Source of the DNA: Pseudomonadota bacterium
GTDB taxonomy: Bacteria; Myxococcota_A; UBA9160; JADFDR01
Length of the DNA: 64,000 bases
Assembly: GCA_003353845.1 (NCBI GenBank)
Contig: PIVT01000001.1
Coordinates: 45,760-109,759, forward strand
Direction of reading: 5' to 3'
Below are positions 10,340 to 19,106 of the stretch, piece after piece. A model generated the notes under the pieces. It did no database searches and was not told the origin of the DNA. It was given only the letters and a program-made list of their open reading frames with translations. The position numbers were made by a program, and so were the translations under genes. Position 1 is the first letter of the stretch; each line of letters opens with the position of its first letter.

Positions 10340-11824
10340 TCAGTTTTCTTGTTCGGGCCTTGGTGAGAGCAGGCGCTGGAGCCGCTGTGCCTCAATCCGC
10401 ACAAGAATGGAGCGCGTGTGTGTGGCTACGACGCTGCCAGGTCGAGCGCCCTTGGGTTTGCGCACATTGACGCAGCGCGTGGTGAGGACCTCGGCCTCGC
10501 CACTTTTTCCGCCACGGCTGAAATGCGCGGCCAAAGTGGCCGCATCCAGCACACTTTCATTGTCAGGCTCCTTATGGCGCAGGTTGCGCAAGACGACGTG
10601 CGCACCTGCTTGGTCTTCGGCGTGAAACCAAAGATCGTTTCCTCGTGCCAGTCGCAGGCTGAGTTCATCATTTTGGCGGGCACCTTTCCCCACCCAGATT
10701 TCACTCCCGTTCTGGCTGAGATAACAGCGATAGGGTTGGCGGTCGCCCTGTGCGTCCTGCTTGCCACGCTTTTTTCCTTGTCGTTTTTTGCTCGGTGCCT
10801 TTTGTTGAACTTGTTCCGCCGCGGCCTCCAAGGCTTGGAAGTCCGCTGCACTGTTCACCTGTTCTTCCAATGCCTCAAGGATTTTTTTCTGCTGAATCGA
10901 GTTTGCGATTTGCCCCTCGATCCGAGGTTGGCCGCGCTTGAGTTTGCGTGATCGCTGGAAGAGTCGCTGGGCATTCTCGCCCAGACTGTGCTCGGGATTG
11001 AGTGGTATCTCCACGCTTGAACAGTTGGGGTCGTTGTAGTCCACGGCTTGTACGCTGTGTTGGCCGCGCAACTTGGGTTGTCCCAAGGCGACCAGGGCCT
11101 CAGCCTGGCGGCGAAGATTCGGGCCTTCCTGCGTTGCGGCGAGATCGCTCTCTTGGGCTGCGAGACGCTTGCTCAGTCTGCGCTGTGTCCGCTGCAATTG
11201 ACGGAGCAAACTCATCTGGAACTCGGCCCTTTCGAAGTCCAGCAACTCGGTCTCAAAAGCGAGGCTTCGACTGCCATCGGCCGCCAGGCGAGACAAAGCG
11301 AAGCCACCCTGCGCTGCAGCCTTCGTCATTGAATCCAAAGAGGATTTTCTTGCGGGAAGGGGCTGATAGGGGCTGCCCGGGTGCATGCCGCTTCGCGCTC
11401 GATCCCAGTTCATCGCGCCCAGTAGCTTGTCCTCTGCGTTCAGCAGGTACAGATTGGCGCTGCGCCCGAACAACTCGGCCATTAATCGATAAGCACCTTC
11501 TGCAGTTTCGATCTCCAGGGTCAGGAGTCGGTCTCCCTGGGGCGCGCTGACCTTGTGGATGCGTCCAGCACCCAGGGTTTGGCGCAAACTTCGGGCAAAG
11601 TTGGATAGTTCTGGCTTGCGCTCCGGTCGAGTTGAGGAAACCAAGGCGGCACGTGTGCTCGGAGAAGCGATGAGTTGGAGGTAGAGAGTGCGGCTGGAAA
11701 CTCGCAGCGCACAGCTGATGCCACCCGCTTTACGGTCGGTGATCTTTTGAATGCGTCCGCCGACGCAGAGAGAGTTGATCTCCTCGGCCAGAGCAGCGAT
11801 GTCTTGGCTGTTGAGATGAAACAC
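10340..11824 (-). CDS. NFACT-family protein (FbpA/RqcH-like, DUF814-containing)
   Basis: 494 aa. The C-terminal segment SEIWVGKGARQNDELSLRLARGNDLWFHAEDQAGAHVVLR is the NFACT-R/DUF814 signature. The N-terminal region has an NFACT-N-like layout. Confidence 0.65.
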   Translation of the reverse strand: MFHLNSQDIAALAEEINSLCVGGRIQKITDRKAGGISCALRVSSRTLYLQLIASPSTRAALVSSTRPERKPELSNFARSLRQTLGAGRIHKVSAPQGDRLLTLEIETAEGAYRLMAELFGRSANLYLLNAEDKLLGAMNWDRARSGMHPGSPYQPLPARKSSLDSMTKAAAQGGFALSRLAADGSRSLAFETELLDFERAEFQMSLLRQLQRTQRRLSKRLAAQESDLAATQEGPNLRRQAEALVALGQPKLRGQHSVQAVDYNDPNCSSVEIPLNPEHSLGENAQRLFQRSRKLKRGQPRIEGQIANSIQQKKILEALEEQVNSAADFQALEAAAEQVQQKAPSKKRQGKKRGKQDAQGDRQPYRCYLSQNGSEIWVGKGARQNDELSLRLARGNDLWFHAEDQAGAHVVLRNLRHKEPDNESVLDAATLAAHFSRGGKSGEAEVLTTRCVNVRKPKGARPGSVVATHTRSILVRIEAQRLQRLLSPRPEQEN

Positions 11825-11963
11825 CCTCGTAGATTCCTTCCGGCAAACAGCCCCGTTTCTTCAGGCTAGTCGATGAGGCTCATGGTAGGCATTTCTATTG
11901 TAGGCATTTCTGGGAGCATTCGGCCTGCCCTGGAGAATTCGGCGTGTTAGCTTCCGCAGGCGT

Positions 11964-12039
11964 GGGCCTGTAGCTCAGGGGTTAGAGCACCCGACTCATA
12001 ATCGGAGCGTCGTAGGTTCAAATCCTACCAGGCCTACCA
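11964..12039 (+). tRNA. tRNA with CAU anticodon (probably tRNA-Ile2/lysidine type; elongator tRNA-Met not excluded)
   Basis: 76-nt cloverleaf. Acceptor GGGCCTG/CAGGCCT (G1-U72 wobble), D-arm GCTC-AGGGGTTA-GAGC, anticodon loop CTCATAA, T-arm GTAGG-TTCAAAT-CCTAC, encoded ACCA. It is not an initiator because there is no GGG/CCC run in the anticodon stem. C4-G69 and C5-G68 match the E. coli TilS determinants as I recall them. Confidence 0.9.
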
Positions 12040-12248
12040 TTTACATTGTTGATGGAATGCATCTTAGATGTGCAATATCTGCATCTAACAGGCTGTGCAG
12101 CCTCCGATTCTGCGCCGTCTTTCCTGCTAAGTACCCCTTTACTGAACAGCAGAAAGTTTTCTTCTTTATCCGGCTCCTGAATCTGGCGGCAGGGTATTGT
12201 GTGATGTAAGATAGTAAAAATAGACACACCTACATAGGGAAAACACTT

Positions 12249-12860
12249 ATGTCCAGACCAGTAAATTCGGATCTCAGAGGCAAAATTCTTGAAGAAGCCA
12301 TCGGTATCGTTTACCGAGAGGGTCCCAAATCGGTCACTATGCGCTCCTTGGCTGAAAAACTCGGCTACTCCGCCGCCACAATTTACCTCCATTTCGAAAA
12401 CAAGGAGGAGCTATTCAGAGAGATCGCTCTTCATGGTTTCGATGTTTTGACGCGCGCCATGGCGCCCGCCAAAGACATTGAGGATCCCTCGCTGGCGTTG
12501 TCTGAAGCCTTGCGGCGCTACATTGATTTTGGAATCGAGCATTTAGAGCTCTACCGATTGATGTTTGAAGATGTGGGAATGGAAGCCTTGGTGCAGCAAC
12601 TCAGCGCTGAAGACCAGGCAAGGGCCATGGAACCCTGGAATATCACCCGTGACATTTACGCTCGAGGCATGAGCCAGGGTGTTTTCACTGAGAATGATCC
12701 TGATTTAGAGGCCAGTATCGGGTGGTCCCTGGTACATGGTTTCGTGCAGTTGAGCACTGCCGGTAAGATGCTGGTGAGCAATAACGGCGGGCAAGGCTTC
12801 GGCGCGCTGCGCAGCGCCTTGGTAAGCTCCCGTGTCGACGCCCTGAAGAAGGCAGCTTAA
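12249..12860 (+). CDS. TetR/AcrR-family transcriptional regulator
   Basis: 203 aa. N-terminal HTH segment GPKSVTMRSLAEKLGYSAATIYLHFENKEELF is typical TetR_N. Confidence 0.85.
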   Translation: MSRPVNSDLRGKILEEAIGIVYREGPKSVTMRSLAEKLGYSAATIYLHFENKEELFREIALHGFDVLTRAMAPAKDIEDPSLALSEALRRYIDFGIEHLELYRLMFEDVGMEALVQQLSAEDQARAMEPWNITRDIYARGMSQGVFTENDPDLEASIGWSLVHGFVQLSTAGKMLVSNNGGQGFGALRSALVSSRVDALKKAA

Positions 12861-12919
12861 GCCAGCGACGTGTTCTAGCTCCTGTTCGAGCTCTTAGAGA
12901 GTCATTTGAGTCCCGTTTC

Positions 12920-12962
12920 AGCCCCGGTGCGGAGGGTTCCTCTCCAAGCCGGGGTTGTTTTT
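12920..12962 (+). terminator. probable intrinsic terminator downstream of the TetR gene
   Basis: AGCCCCGG (12920-12927) pairs with CCGGGGTT (12949-12956) and is followed by GTTTTT. Confidence 0.5.
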
Positions 12963-13057
12963 GAGAAGCCCCCACCGCCCCTCAGCTCTGCTATGCTGTC
13001 CCTTGTGGGCGCCATCCGAGGCGCACCAGCGCCATCAAAGGGTGAATTAAACGCTCC

Positions 13058-14092
13058 ATGAAGAATCGAAACCGCTATTGGGACTGCTTGGACCAAGCCA
13101 TTGACGCCTCTTATGGAGGTCGTGCCGATGAGGCCTTGCAATGGTTTGACGAAGCGCTCAAAGCCGATCCCGAGGGTGCGGAAGCGCACAACGGCCGCGG
13201 TGAAATTCTTTGGGATGCGGGTCGCATCGACGAAGCCCTTTACGCTTTCGAGCAAGCCATCGCTGTGGATGCCAAATTTGTGACTGCGCATTTGAATCGG
13301 TCGGAATTGCTCATCGAAGATCTGGGCGAGTACCTGCGCGCCATGACATTGTGCGACGAACTCTTAGCGGGCCACCAGCATTTACCACGTCTTGAACGGG
13401 CAGTAGAACTGGAGCTCTATTACCTCAAGGCCAAGGCCTTTTATTATCAAGGCGACTTATTGGGTTCCCTCTTCTTGATTCGCAAGGCCTTGAAACTGGG
13501 TGGCGAGATTGCGTTGTATCGCATGTTTGAGGGTCAGGCCCTTTTCGAATCAGCTCAGTTTCAAGAGGCCCGCCAGGTATTGGAACGTGCCATGGTTCTC
13601 GATCCCGAGTCGGCCCACGCCGCCTATTACCTGGGTCTCACCTTGGAACATTTGGGTGAGAAGGATGCGGCAGCAAAATCTTTTGAGGTGGCAGATGCGC
13701 TCGACCCGGACCACTACCCCCAGCCCACGCCCGTGGAAGAAGCTTCCTTTCGGCGCGTGCTTCGAAGTGCCATTGAAGACCTGCCAAAATCCTTGCGACG
13801 GCACTTCGAGGAACTGTCGCTGACCATCGAGACCCTGCCCGAACCAGCTACCCTGCGTACCGGGGATGTGTCACCCCAAACCTTGGGACTTTTTCGAGGA
13901 GAGCAGCGTCGAGAATCGACGGAGCCAGCGGCAGGCACTCAAAACCAAATTGTTTTGTATCGAGGCAACTTTGAAAAAATTGCCCGGAACGAAGAGGAAC
14001 TCCTCGAACAGTTGAAACTCATTTTGAAGAATGAAGTGGGTCAGTACCTGGGGCTCGATGACATAGCGCTCGAAGGTCTTGGACTTCTCTAG
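13058..14092 (+). CDS. TPR-repeat protein with C-terminal zincin-like (DUF1025-type) domain whose HExxH is degenerate
   Basis: 344 aa. The N-terminal half has TPR-like repeats (ALQWFDEALKADPEGAEAHNGRGEIL, ALYAFEQAIAVDAKF). The C-terminal LYRGNFEKIARNEEELLEQLKLILKNEVGQYLGLDD resembles the small metallopeptidase-family tail, with NEVGQ in the place of HExxH. Confidence 0.5.
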   Translation: MKNRNRYWDCLDQAIDASYGGRADEALQWFDEALKADPEGAEAHNGRGEILWDAGRIDEALYAFEQAIAVDAKFVTAHLNRSELLIEDLGEYLRAMTLCDELLAGHQHLPRLERAVELELYYLKAKAFYYQGDLLGSLFLIRKALKLGGEIALYRMFEGQALFESAQFQEARQVLERAMVLDPESAHAAYYLGLTLEHLGEKDAAAKSFEVADALDPDHYPQPTPVEEASFRRVLRSAIEDLPKSLRRHFEELSLTIETLPEPATLRTGDVSPQTLGLFRGEQRRESTEPAAGTQNQIVLYRGNFEKIARNEEELLEQLKLILKNEVGQYLGLDDIALEGLGLL

Positions 14093-14133
14093 TCCCCTCC
14101 TCAAGATCGACCCTTGAATATTCTCTTGGATAC

Positions 14134-16425
14134 TTATCGGTAAAGAACGGCATCTGGAGTGGGCTCGGGCATCCGAAGGCGCGGGAAGGCGCCCAAGCTC
14201 ATATCCCCTGGCGATCCCTGAAAAACCAGGTCCACAGGAAGAATCGATTCTCTAGATCGAACCAGCCCATATTTTTCACGCACACCTTCAAAGGTGTAGG
14301 AAGAGTAGGCGCCAGAGCGAAGATCGGGTGTGTCAGTGAGTCCGAGTTTGGCGCGTTCGAAGAAGTGATCCCGGCTGGCATCGGCACCGTGATCGTAATC
14401 GCTGTCGGCTCGTTCCTTGTGCTGAGAGGTCTCGTCGAGCAGGGCTACCAGCCGAGCCAGACGCTCGGCACTCAGCCGTTCGTAACTGTATTCAGGTGGT
14501 TTCTTGGCGTTTCCGTGAAGGTCGACATAGGCGATGCGAATGACTTGACCGCCCAGAATGGCGATGCCCTCAGGATGCAGCTCTCCGTTGCGGGCTTCTT
14601 CATCCAGAAGTTGTGAGCGCAGCCCCAGGCCGTGAGGCCCTGCCACCTTGGGATGCTCCTCAAGAAAACCACGCGTAATGCGAATCTGTTGCGGCGAGAC
14701 ATCATCCCAAAGTTCCCGAGCCGCTCGGCCCGCTTCCTGACCGGCTTTGGTGTTGGGAAAGTCTCCCGCTGTGCGCTGAAGCATGGCCATGCGAAGGTCG
14801 GGGTGGGGCTCGCGGTTTGAACCTGTGAGCATTTGCTTGGCCGCTTTTTCCTCAAGTCTTTGTTCCTCTCGAGGGGAAAGGTTTCCGCGCTGCTGTGCGT
14901 ACTTCAAGGTTCCGATGGCGTTGCCACGCCGGTTCTCAAGCCAACGCATGTAATCAAGCACCTTGTTTTCGTAATCACCGCCTGGATAACGAGCCAGGTA
15001 GTGCTTTGCATGAACAGCGACTTCGCGGCTAAAGGGCCAGGGTTTCATCCGGGAATAACTAAACCAGCGGCCAGGCAACGTGATGACGGTACTGAGAACC
15101 GTGGGTGCGTCCAACACCCATTCTAAAGGTCGAAACAGACCGCGCCGTTTGGGTCCGTTGGCCAAGGGCCCGAGCATGACCCAGCGCACGCGGCGCCAGC
15201 CATCTGTTTGCTTGCTCTTGCGGAAGTATCGATAGGGGTTCTCGGAGGGTCGGTTGACAATGCTGCGTGCGTGGCGCTGCATGCCCGAGGAGGCATTCCA
15301 CTTTCTACCGATCTTGCCATAAGCTTTGAACGACCTCTTCTCCTGCCCCTCGCGCTCCAAGGTCATTGCGTTGGCGAAGGCCAGCGGTTGAGACAGAGGC
15401 GCGGGTGACTTGGCGGGCAAAGAAGGCAGAGCAGATTCGAGAAAGGCAGCGCTGCTGATCTCGTAGGCTGCCGGCCATTCTTCGGCTGGAAGCCATTGTG
15501 CCGGGGCTTGCAGGCTGCGCTGTAGGGCCTGCTGGCGTTGGTAGGATCGCTGGTCGACAACTAGCAATAAGCGCTTGGCTTCTCGGAGCTCGGGAGCAAG
15601 GCCCAAGGCCGCATCCAGGTGGTAGCGCGCAGCCTCCGGATAGCCTTTCGAGAGTAATTTGCGTGCCTCCCTCAGTTGGCGCTGAACCATCGTAGCGACA
15701 TATTTCTTTTCATATTTTTCAACACGTTTTTCGAGCTTGCGTGCCTCTTGGGTATCGGGATGGCGTCTCAAGTATTCTTGCCAATGTGCCAGGGCCTGTC
15801 GCTCGCGTAGCGAAAGGGGTTCGCGGTTTCTTTCGGAGGCGAAGACGTCTGCGACTGCGCGCACGATCGTCACGGGAATAAGAATTCCGGAGAGGGCCAA
15901 TCGTCCCACCGGGCCGGCGATTCGGTTATAAGCGCTGCCGTAACGAACCGTGCGTTCATCGTGCAGTCGCTTTTTCGCCAACAGCAGCGGATCATCGGCC
16001 GCTTCTTGCTCCAAACGTGCTCGCAGTGCGGGGTCGAGATCGTCGTCTTCTAAAAGCGCATTCTCTTTTTGGCGGTAGGTCACGTCGTCATCGATGCAGG
16101 CAAAGCCTGCGGCATGCGCGTAAGGAAGAAGACCACTGACGGGTTGGTTGTTCTGCTCGCGAAATCGGTCGAAGGATTCGATTTCGTCGATACTGTCTTG
16201 TGCGGATTCGCTGCAATCTTTCAATACCTCTGTAGCAATGGCGACAGCGGCCAGGTCTGCTTTGTCGGGTGCTAGAGGGGCAAAGCGCACCGGGGCGTTG
16301 AGAGTTTCCAAAGGTGGAGGCGTTGCGGTATGGCAGGCACAAAAGAGTATCAGGCCTGGCAGTGTCAGGCTGTAGAGAAGACGGCGTTCTCGGGCTCGTT
16401 TAGTTGGTAAAACGGTCAACATCAA
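14134..16425 (-). CDS. hypothetical large exported/lipoprotein-like protein
   Basis: 763-aa ORF. It has an N-terminal hydrophobic segment LTLPGLILFCACH, is rich in charged helical stretches, and has no motif I recognise. Confidence 0.5.
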   Translation of the reverse strand: MMLTVLPTKRARERRLLYSLTLPGLILFCACHTATPPPLETLNAPVRFAPLAPDKADLAAVAIATEVLKDCSESAQDSIDEIESFDRFREQNNQPVSGLLPYAHAAGFACIDDDVTYRQKENALLEDDDLDPALRARLEQEAADDPLLLAKKRLHDERTVRYGSAYNRIAGPVGRLALSGILIPVTIVRAVADVFASERNREPLSLRERQALAHWQEYLRRHPDTQEARKLEKRVEKYEKKYVATMVQRQLREARKLLSKGYPEAARYHLDAALGLAPELREAKRLLLVVDQRSYQRQQALQRSLQAPAQWLPAEEWPAAYEISSAAFLESALPSLPAKSPAPLSQPLAFANAMTLEREGQEKRSFKAYGKIGRKWNASSGMQRHARSIVNRPSENPYRYFRKSKQTDGWRRVRWVMLGPLANGPKRRGLFRPLEWVLDAPTVLSTVITLPGRWFSYSRMKPWPFSREVAVHAKHYLARYPGGDYENKVLDYMRWLENRRGNAIGTLKYAQQRGNLSPREEQRLEEKAAKQMLTGSNREPHPDLRMAMLQRTAGDFPNTKAGQEAGRAARELWDDVSPQQIRITRGFLEEHPKVAGPHGLGLRSQLLDEEARNGELHPEGIAILGGQVIRIAYVDLHGNAKKPPEYSYERLSAERLARLVALLDETSQHKERADSDYDHGADASRDHFFERAKLGLTDTPDLRSGAYSSYTFEGVREKYGLVRSRESILPVDLVFQGSPGDMSLGAFPRLRMPEPTPDAVLYR

Positions 16426-17392
16426 CTCTCAAGGTGAAGGCAAGGAAGGCTTCCAGTCGCCTGGCCGCTTCGAGTTTTTCCGGCGTGCCGTCCATCCGGG
16501 CAATATTTTCGTAGATCTTGGTGGCGCCATCGACGAGTTCCTGAAAGCTAATCGGATCGAAGTACAAGCCTGCAGGCGGATTGACCGCAGCATATTCCTT
16601 GGCCATGTCTGCGTAGAGATTGGCAAGGTTTAGAATATGTCGATTGGCGTACTTGCTTTCGCGGTGCCGTGAAATCAAGCGTTGGTATTCAGCCACAGCC
16701 CGCAGGTCGCCGTCTAGAAAGAGTTGGCGTGTTGCGACGAAGTAACGCAGGCGCTCCTCATCGGCGCGCTCAATTTCTTCTTCCAACATGGCTGCGTAAT
16801 GAGTGCCGACAACTTCTTCTCGCAGTGCGTGAAAATCGGCCAATTTGAGTTTGTGAGCGGCCAGAATAAATTCGGAGGAGGGGAGAAGGGGGGCGTCGTT
16901 CGGTTTGTCGAGGTGAGACGTAGTGGGTTCGAACAGCGTTTGCTCGACGGTGCGTTGGAACTTCTCACAGATCGTCGCGCTGCGCACAGCGTCGTCCATA
17001 AGTTCCCCTTGGCGTTGTGCAGCCGCCCGATAATTATCGGCGGCCAACGCATAGGCGCCAAGCCGCTCAAAGGAGCGACCTTTGGCGAAGAACAAGACTT
17101 CATCAAAGTGCCCCGCACGCAAAGCCTCGGCATGCGCGACTTCAATGTTTTCAAGTCGAAGCAAGGAGGCGCGGTAGACGTTGCGACCGGTGAAGTCACG
17201 CGCCGGAAAAAAACGGTAGGTATCATCGGAGACATGCCGCTGCAGGACGGCTACGACTTCGAGAATGCTTTCCGGGGGTCGGTAGCGTTCGTCGCTGACG
17301 GGAGTGTGTGAGCAGCCCACCAGGCCTGCGACGAAAACCAGTACGGCGATCGCCGAGAACTCAGGAAGAACCCTTGTCTTTTTTGCTTGCAC
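16400..17392 (-). CDS. hypothetical lipoprotein (helical/TPR-like)
   Basis: The ORF track gives 16400..17482, which overlaps cimA by 122 nt. An in-frame GTG at 17392 gives a start just before the signal peptide AIAVLVFVAGLVGC (lipobox LVGC). The start is uncertain. The 3' end overlaps the next gene by 26 nt. Confidence 0.5.
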   Translation of the reverse strand: MQAKKTRVLPEFSAIAVLVFVAGLVGCSHTPVSDERYRPPESILEVVAVLQRHVSDDTYRFFPARDFTGRNVYRASLLRLENIEVAHAEALRAGHFDEVLFFAKGRSFERLGAYALAADNYRAAAQRQGELMDDAVRSATICEKFQRTVEQTLFEPTTSHLDKPNDAPLLPSSEFILAAHKLKLADFHALREEVVGTHYAAMLEEEIERADEERLRYFVATRQLFLDGDLRAVAEYQRLISRHRESKYANRHILNLANLYADMAKEYAAVNPPAGLYFDPISFQELVDGATKIYENIARMDGTPEKLEAARRLEAFLAFTLRVDVDRFTN

Positions 17393-18980
17393 GGGGCTTC
17401 GGTCCCTGTTTGTTGGTTTTTCGACTTCGCTTTGATTTTGGAGAGGCTGGCACGATGGCGTTGAGCATCTTCTCAGTGGCAATCACAGCAGCTGCCATTT
17501 GGTCGGAGTCCACACCCGTAGTGGTGATGACATCGTCCTCTTCGTCGGGGTTTTCCCAGCGGATGAGCGTTTCAACAAGGGCGGTCGTTCGCCCGCCCGG
17601 CGCGATGCGCACACGGAAATCCAACAGGCGTGGCAATTCCAAGCCGTAGGCTTCTTGCATCGCTTTGCGCAGCGCATTCATGAAGGCGTCGTACCCACCA
17701 TCTCCATTCCCTTCGGCCTTGGCGGTTTTTCCACGAAAGGCCACGGTGACTTGCGCACGTGGGAGTTCATCGGATCCGACATTGACCTCGTAATGCTCGA
17801 CTCGAATGCGACTCTCTTCGGGCATCTTTAACAAGTCTGAGATGATGAGAGGTAAGTCTTGGGGACCGACGGTGTGCTTCTTGTCTCCCAACTCGATGAT
17901 GCGTTGCAGCAAAAGTTTTTTCTCGGCGGGAGTCAGTTCGATGCCCAGGCGCTTGAGGTTGTGGTCGACAGAGGCCTTGCCCGAGAGTTTGCCCAGCGCG
18001 TAGCGCCGTTTGCGTCGGAAGCGATCGGGCAATAAGCGACTGGCATACAGGTTGCCCTTCATGTCCCCGTCGGCATGAACTCCCGCGGTTTGCGTAAACA
18101 CGTCGCTGCCGACGATGGGTGCGTTGGCCGGGATTTCTTTACCGGTAAAGACCTGGACGAGTTCCGACACTTCCACCAAGTATTTTTCATTGACCCGCGT
18201 GTGGTAATCGGTGAGGTCCTTGATGGCGGGAACGATCTGGGCCAGGCGTGTGTTGCCCGCCCGCTCTCCGAGCCCGTTGACGCTGGTGTGCACGCCGCGC
18301 ACGCCAGCACGCACTGCGGCTAAACAGTTCGCCGTCGACAGGCCGTAATCATTGTGAGAGTGAAATTCGAAATGCACATCGGGCCAGGCGGTCACCATGA
18401 GCCCGATGTAGCGCTCGGTCTCATGAGGGCTAAGCACGCCAAGCGTGTCGGGTAGTAGAACGCGCTCGATGGGGAGTGTGCACAGCGTTTGCATCATGGA
18501 CGCGACGTAGTCAAAGTTTTCTCGCACACCATTGGACCAGTCTTCCAAGTAGACGTTGACTTTAATGCGGCGTCTGCGCGCATAGCGAATGGTCGCTTCG
18601 ACTTTCTGGCGATGCGCCTCGGGCTTCATGCGCAGCTGCCCCACGCAGTGGCTTTCCGAACCCTTGGTCAACAGATTGATCACCTTGCCGCCCACGCCCA
18701 CCAGCCAGTCGATGGATTTCCCACCATCGCAGAAGCCCAGCATCTCAATGCGCTCAAGACAGTCATTCTTCTTGGCCCAACTCGTGATTTGCCTGGCGGC
18801 GTCCCGTTCCCCCTCGGAGACGCGGGTCGATGCGATTTCAATGCGATCGACGTTGACCTCAGTGAGCAGGATACGCGCGAGTTGGAGTTTTTCGGACGGG
18901 GTGTAGGAGATATTGGGGGTTTGTTCCCCATCGCGTAGCGTGGTGTCCATAACGGAGATGATTTTGGCGTCGCCTGCCAT
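17361..18980 (-). CDS. cimA: citramalate synthase / 2-isopropylmalate synthase family enzyme (CimA-like)
   Basis: 539 aa. The N-terminus is DTTLRDGEQTPNISYTPSEKLQLARILLTEVNVDRIEIAS, followed by the HxH metal site FEFHSHNDYGL and a C-terminal LeuA-dimer-type regulatory domain. Confidence 0.7.
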   Translation of the reverse strand: MAGDAKIISVMDTTLRDGEQTPNISYTPSEKLQLARILLTEVNVDRIEIASTRVSEGERDAARQITSWAKKNDCLERIEMLGFCDGGKSIDWLVGVGGKVINLLTKGSESHCVGQLRMKPEAHRQKVEATIRYARRRRIKVNVYLEDWSNGVRENFDYVASMMQTLCTLPIERVLLPDTLGVLSPHETERYIGLMVTAWPDVHFEFHSHNDYGLSTANCLAAVRAGVRGVHTSVNGLGERAGNTRLAQIVPAIKDLTDYHTRVNEKYLVEVSELVQVFTGKEIPANAPIVGSDVFTQTAGVHADGDMKGNLYASRLLPDRFRRKRRYALGKLSGKASVDHNLKRLGIELTPAEKKLLLQRIIELGDKKHTVGPQDLPLIISDLLKMPEESRIRVEHYEVNVGSDELPRAQVTVAFRGKTAKAEGNGDGGYDAFMNALRKAMQEAYGLELPRLLDFRVRIAPGGRTTALVETLIRWENPDEEDDVITTTGVDSDQMAAAVIATEKMLNAIVPASPKSKRSRKTNKQGPKPRASKKDKGSS

Positions 18981-19106
18981 AACTCGTTTGATTCCTCTTT
19001 CAATTTCGCTGTTGTACCGAGAGTATTCCGAGAGTTCGTGATTATACGCAGGTTTACCTCAGATGCGCATGGGCTGAGACCGGTGTCGAGGGTAAACTGC
19101 CCGCTC

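Noticed and set aside
11964-12248. A genomic island or prophage integrated at the tRNA(CAU) gene, suggested by the AT-rich DNA directly downstream.
   Set aside because: There is no integrase and no direct repeat of the tRNA 3' end. Ordinary chromosomal genes (the TetR regulator and the TPR protein) follow within 210 bp.
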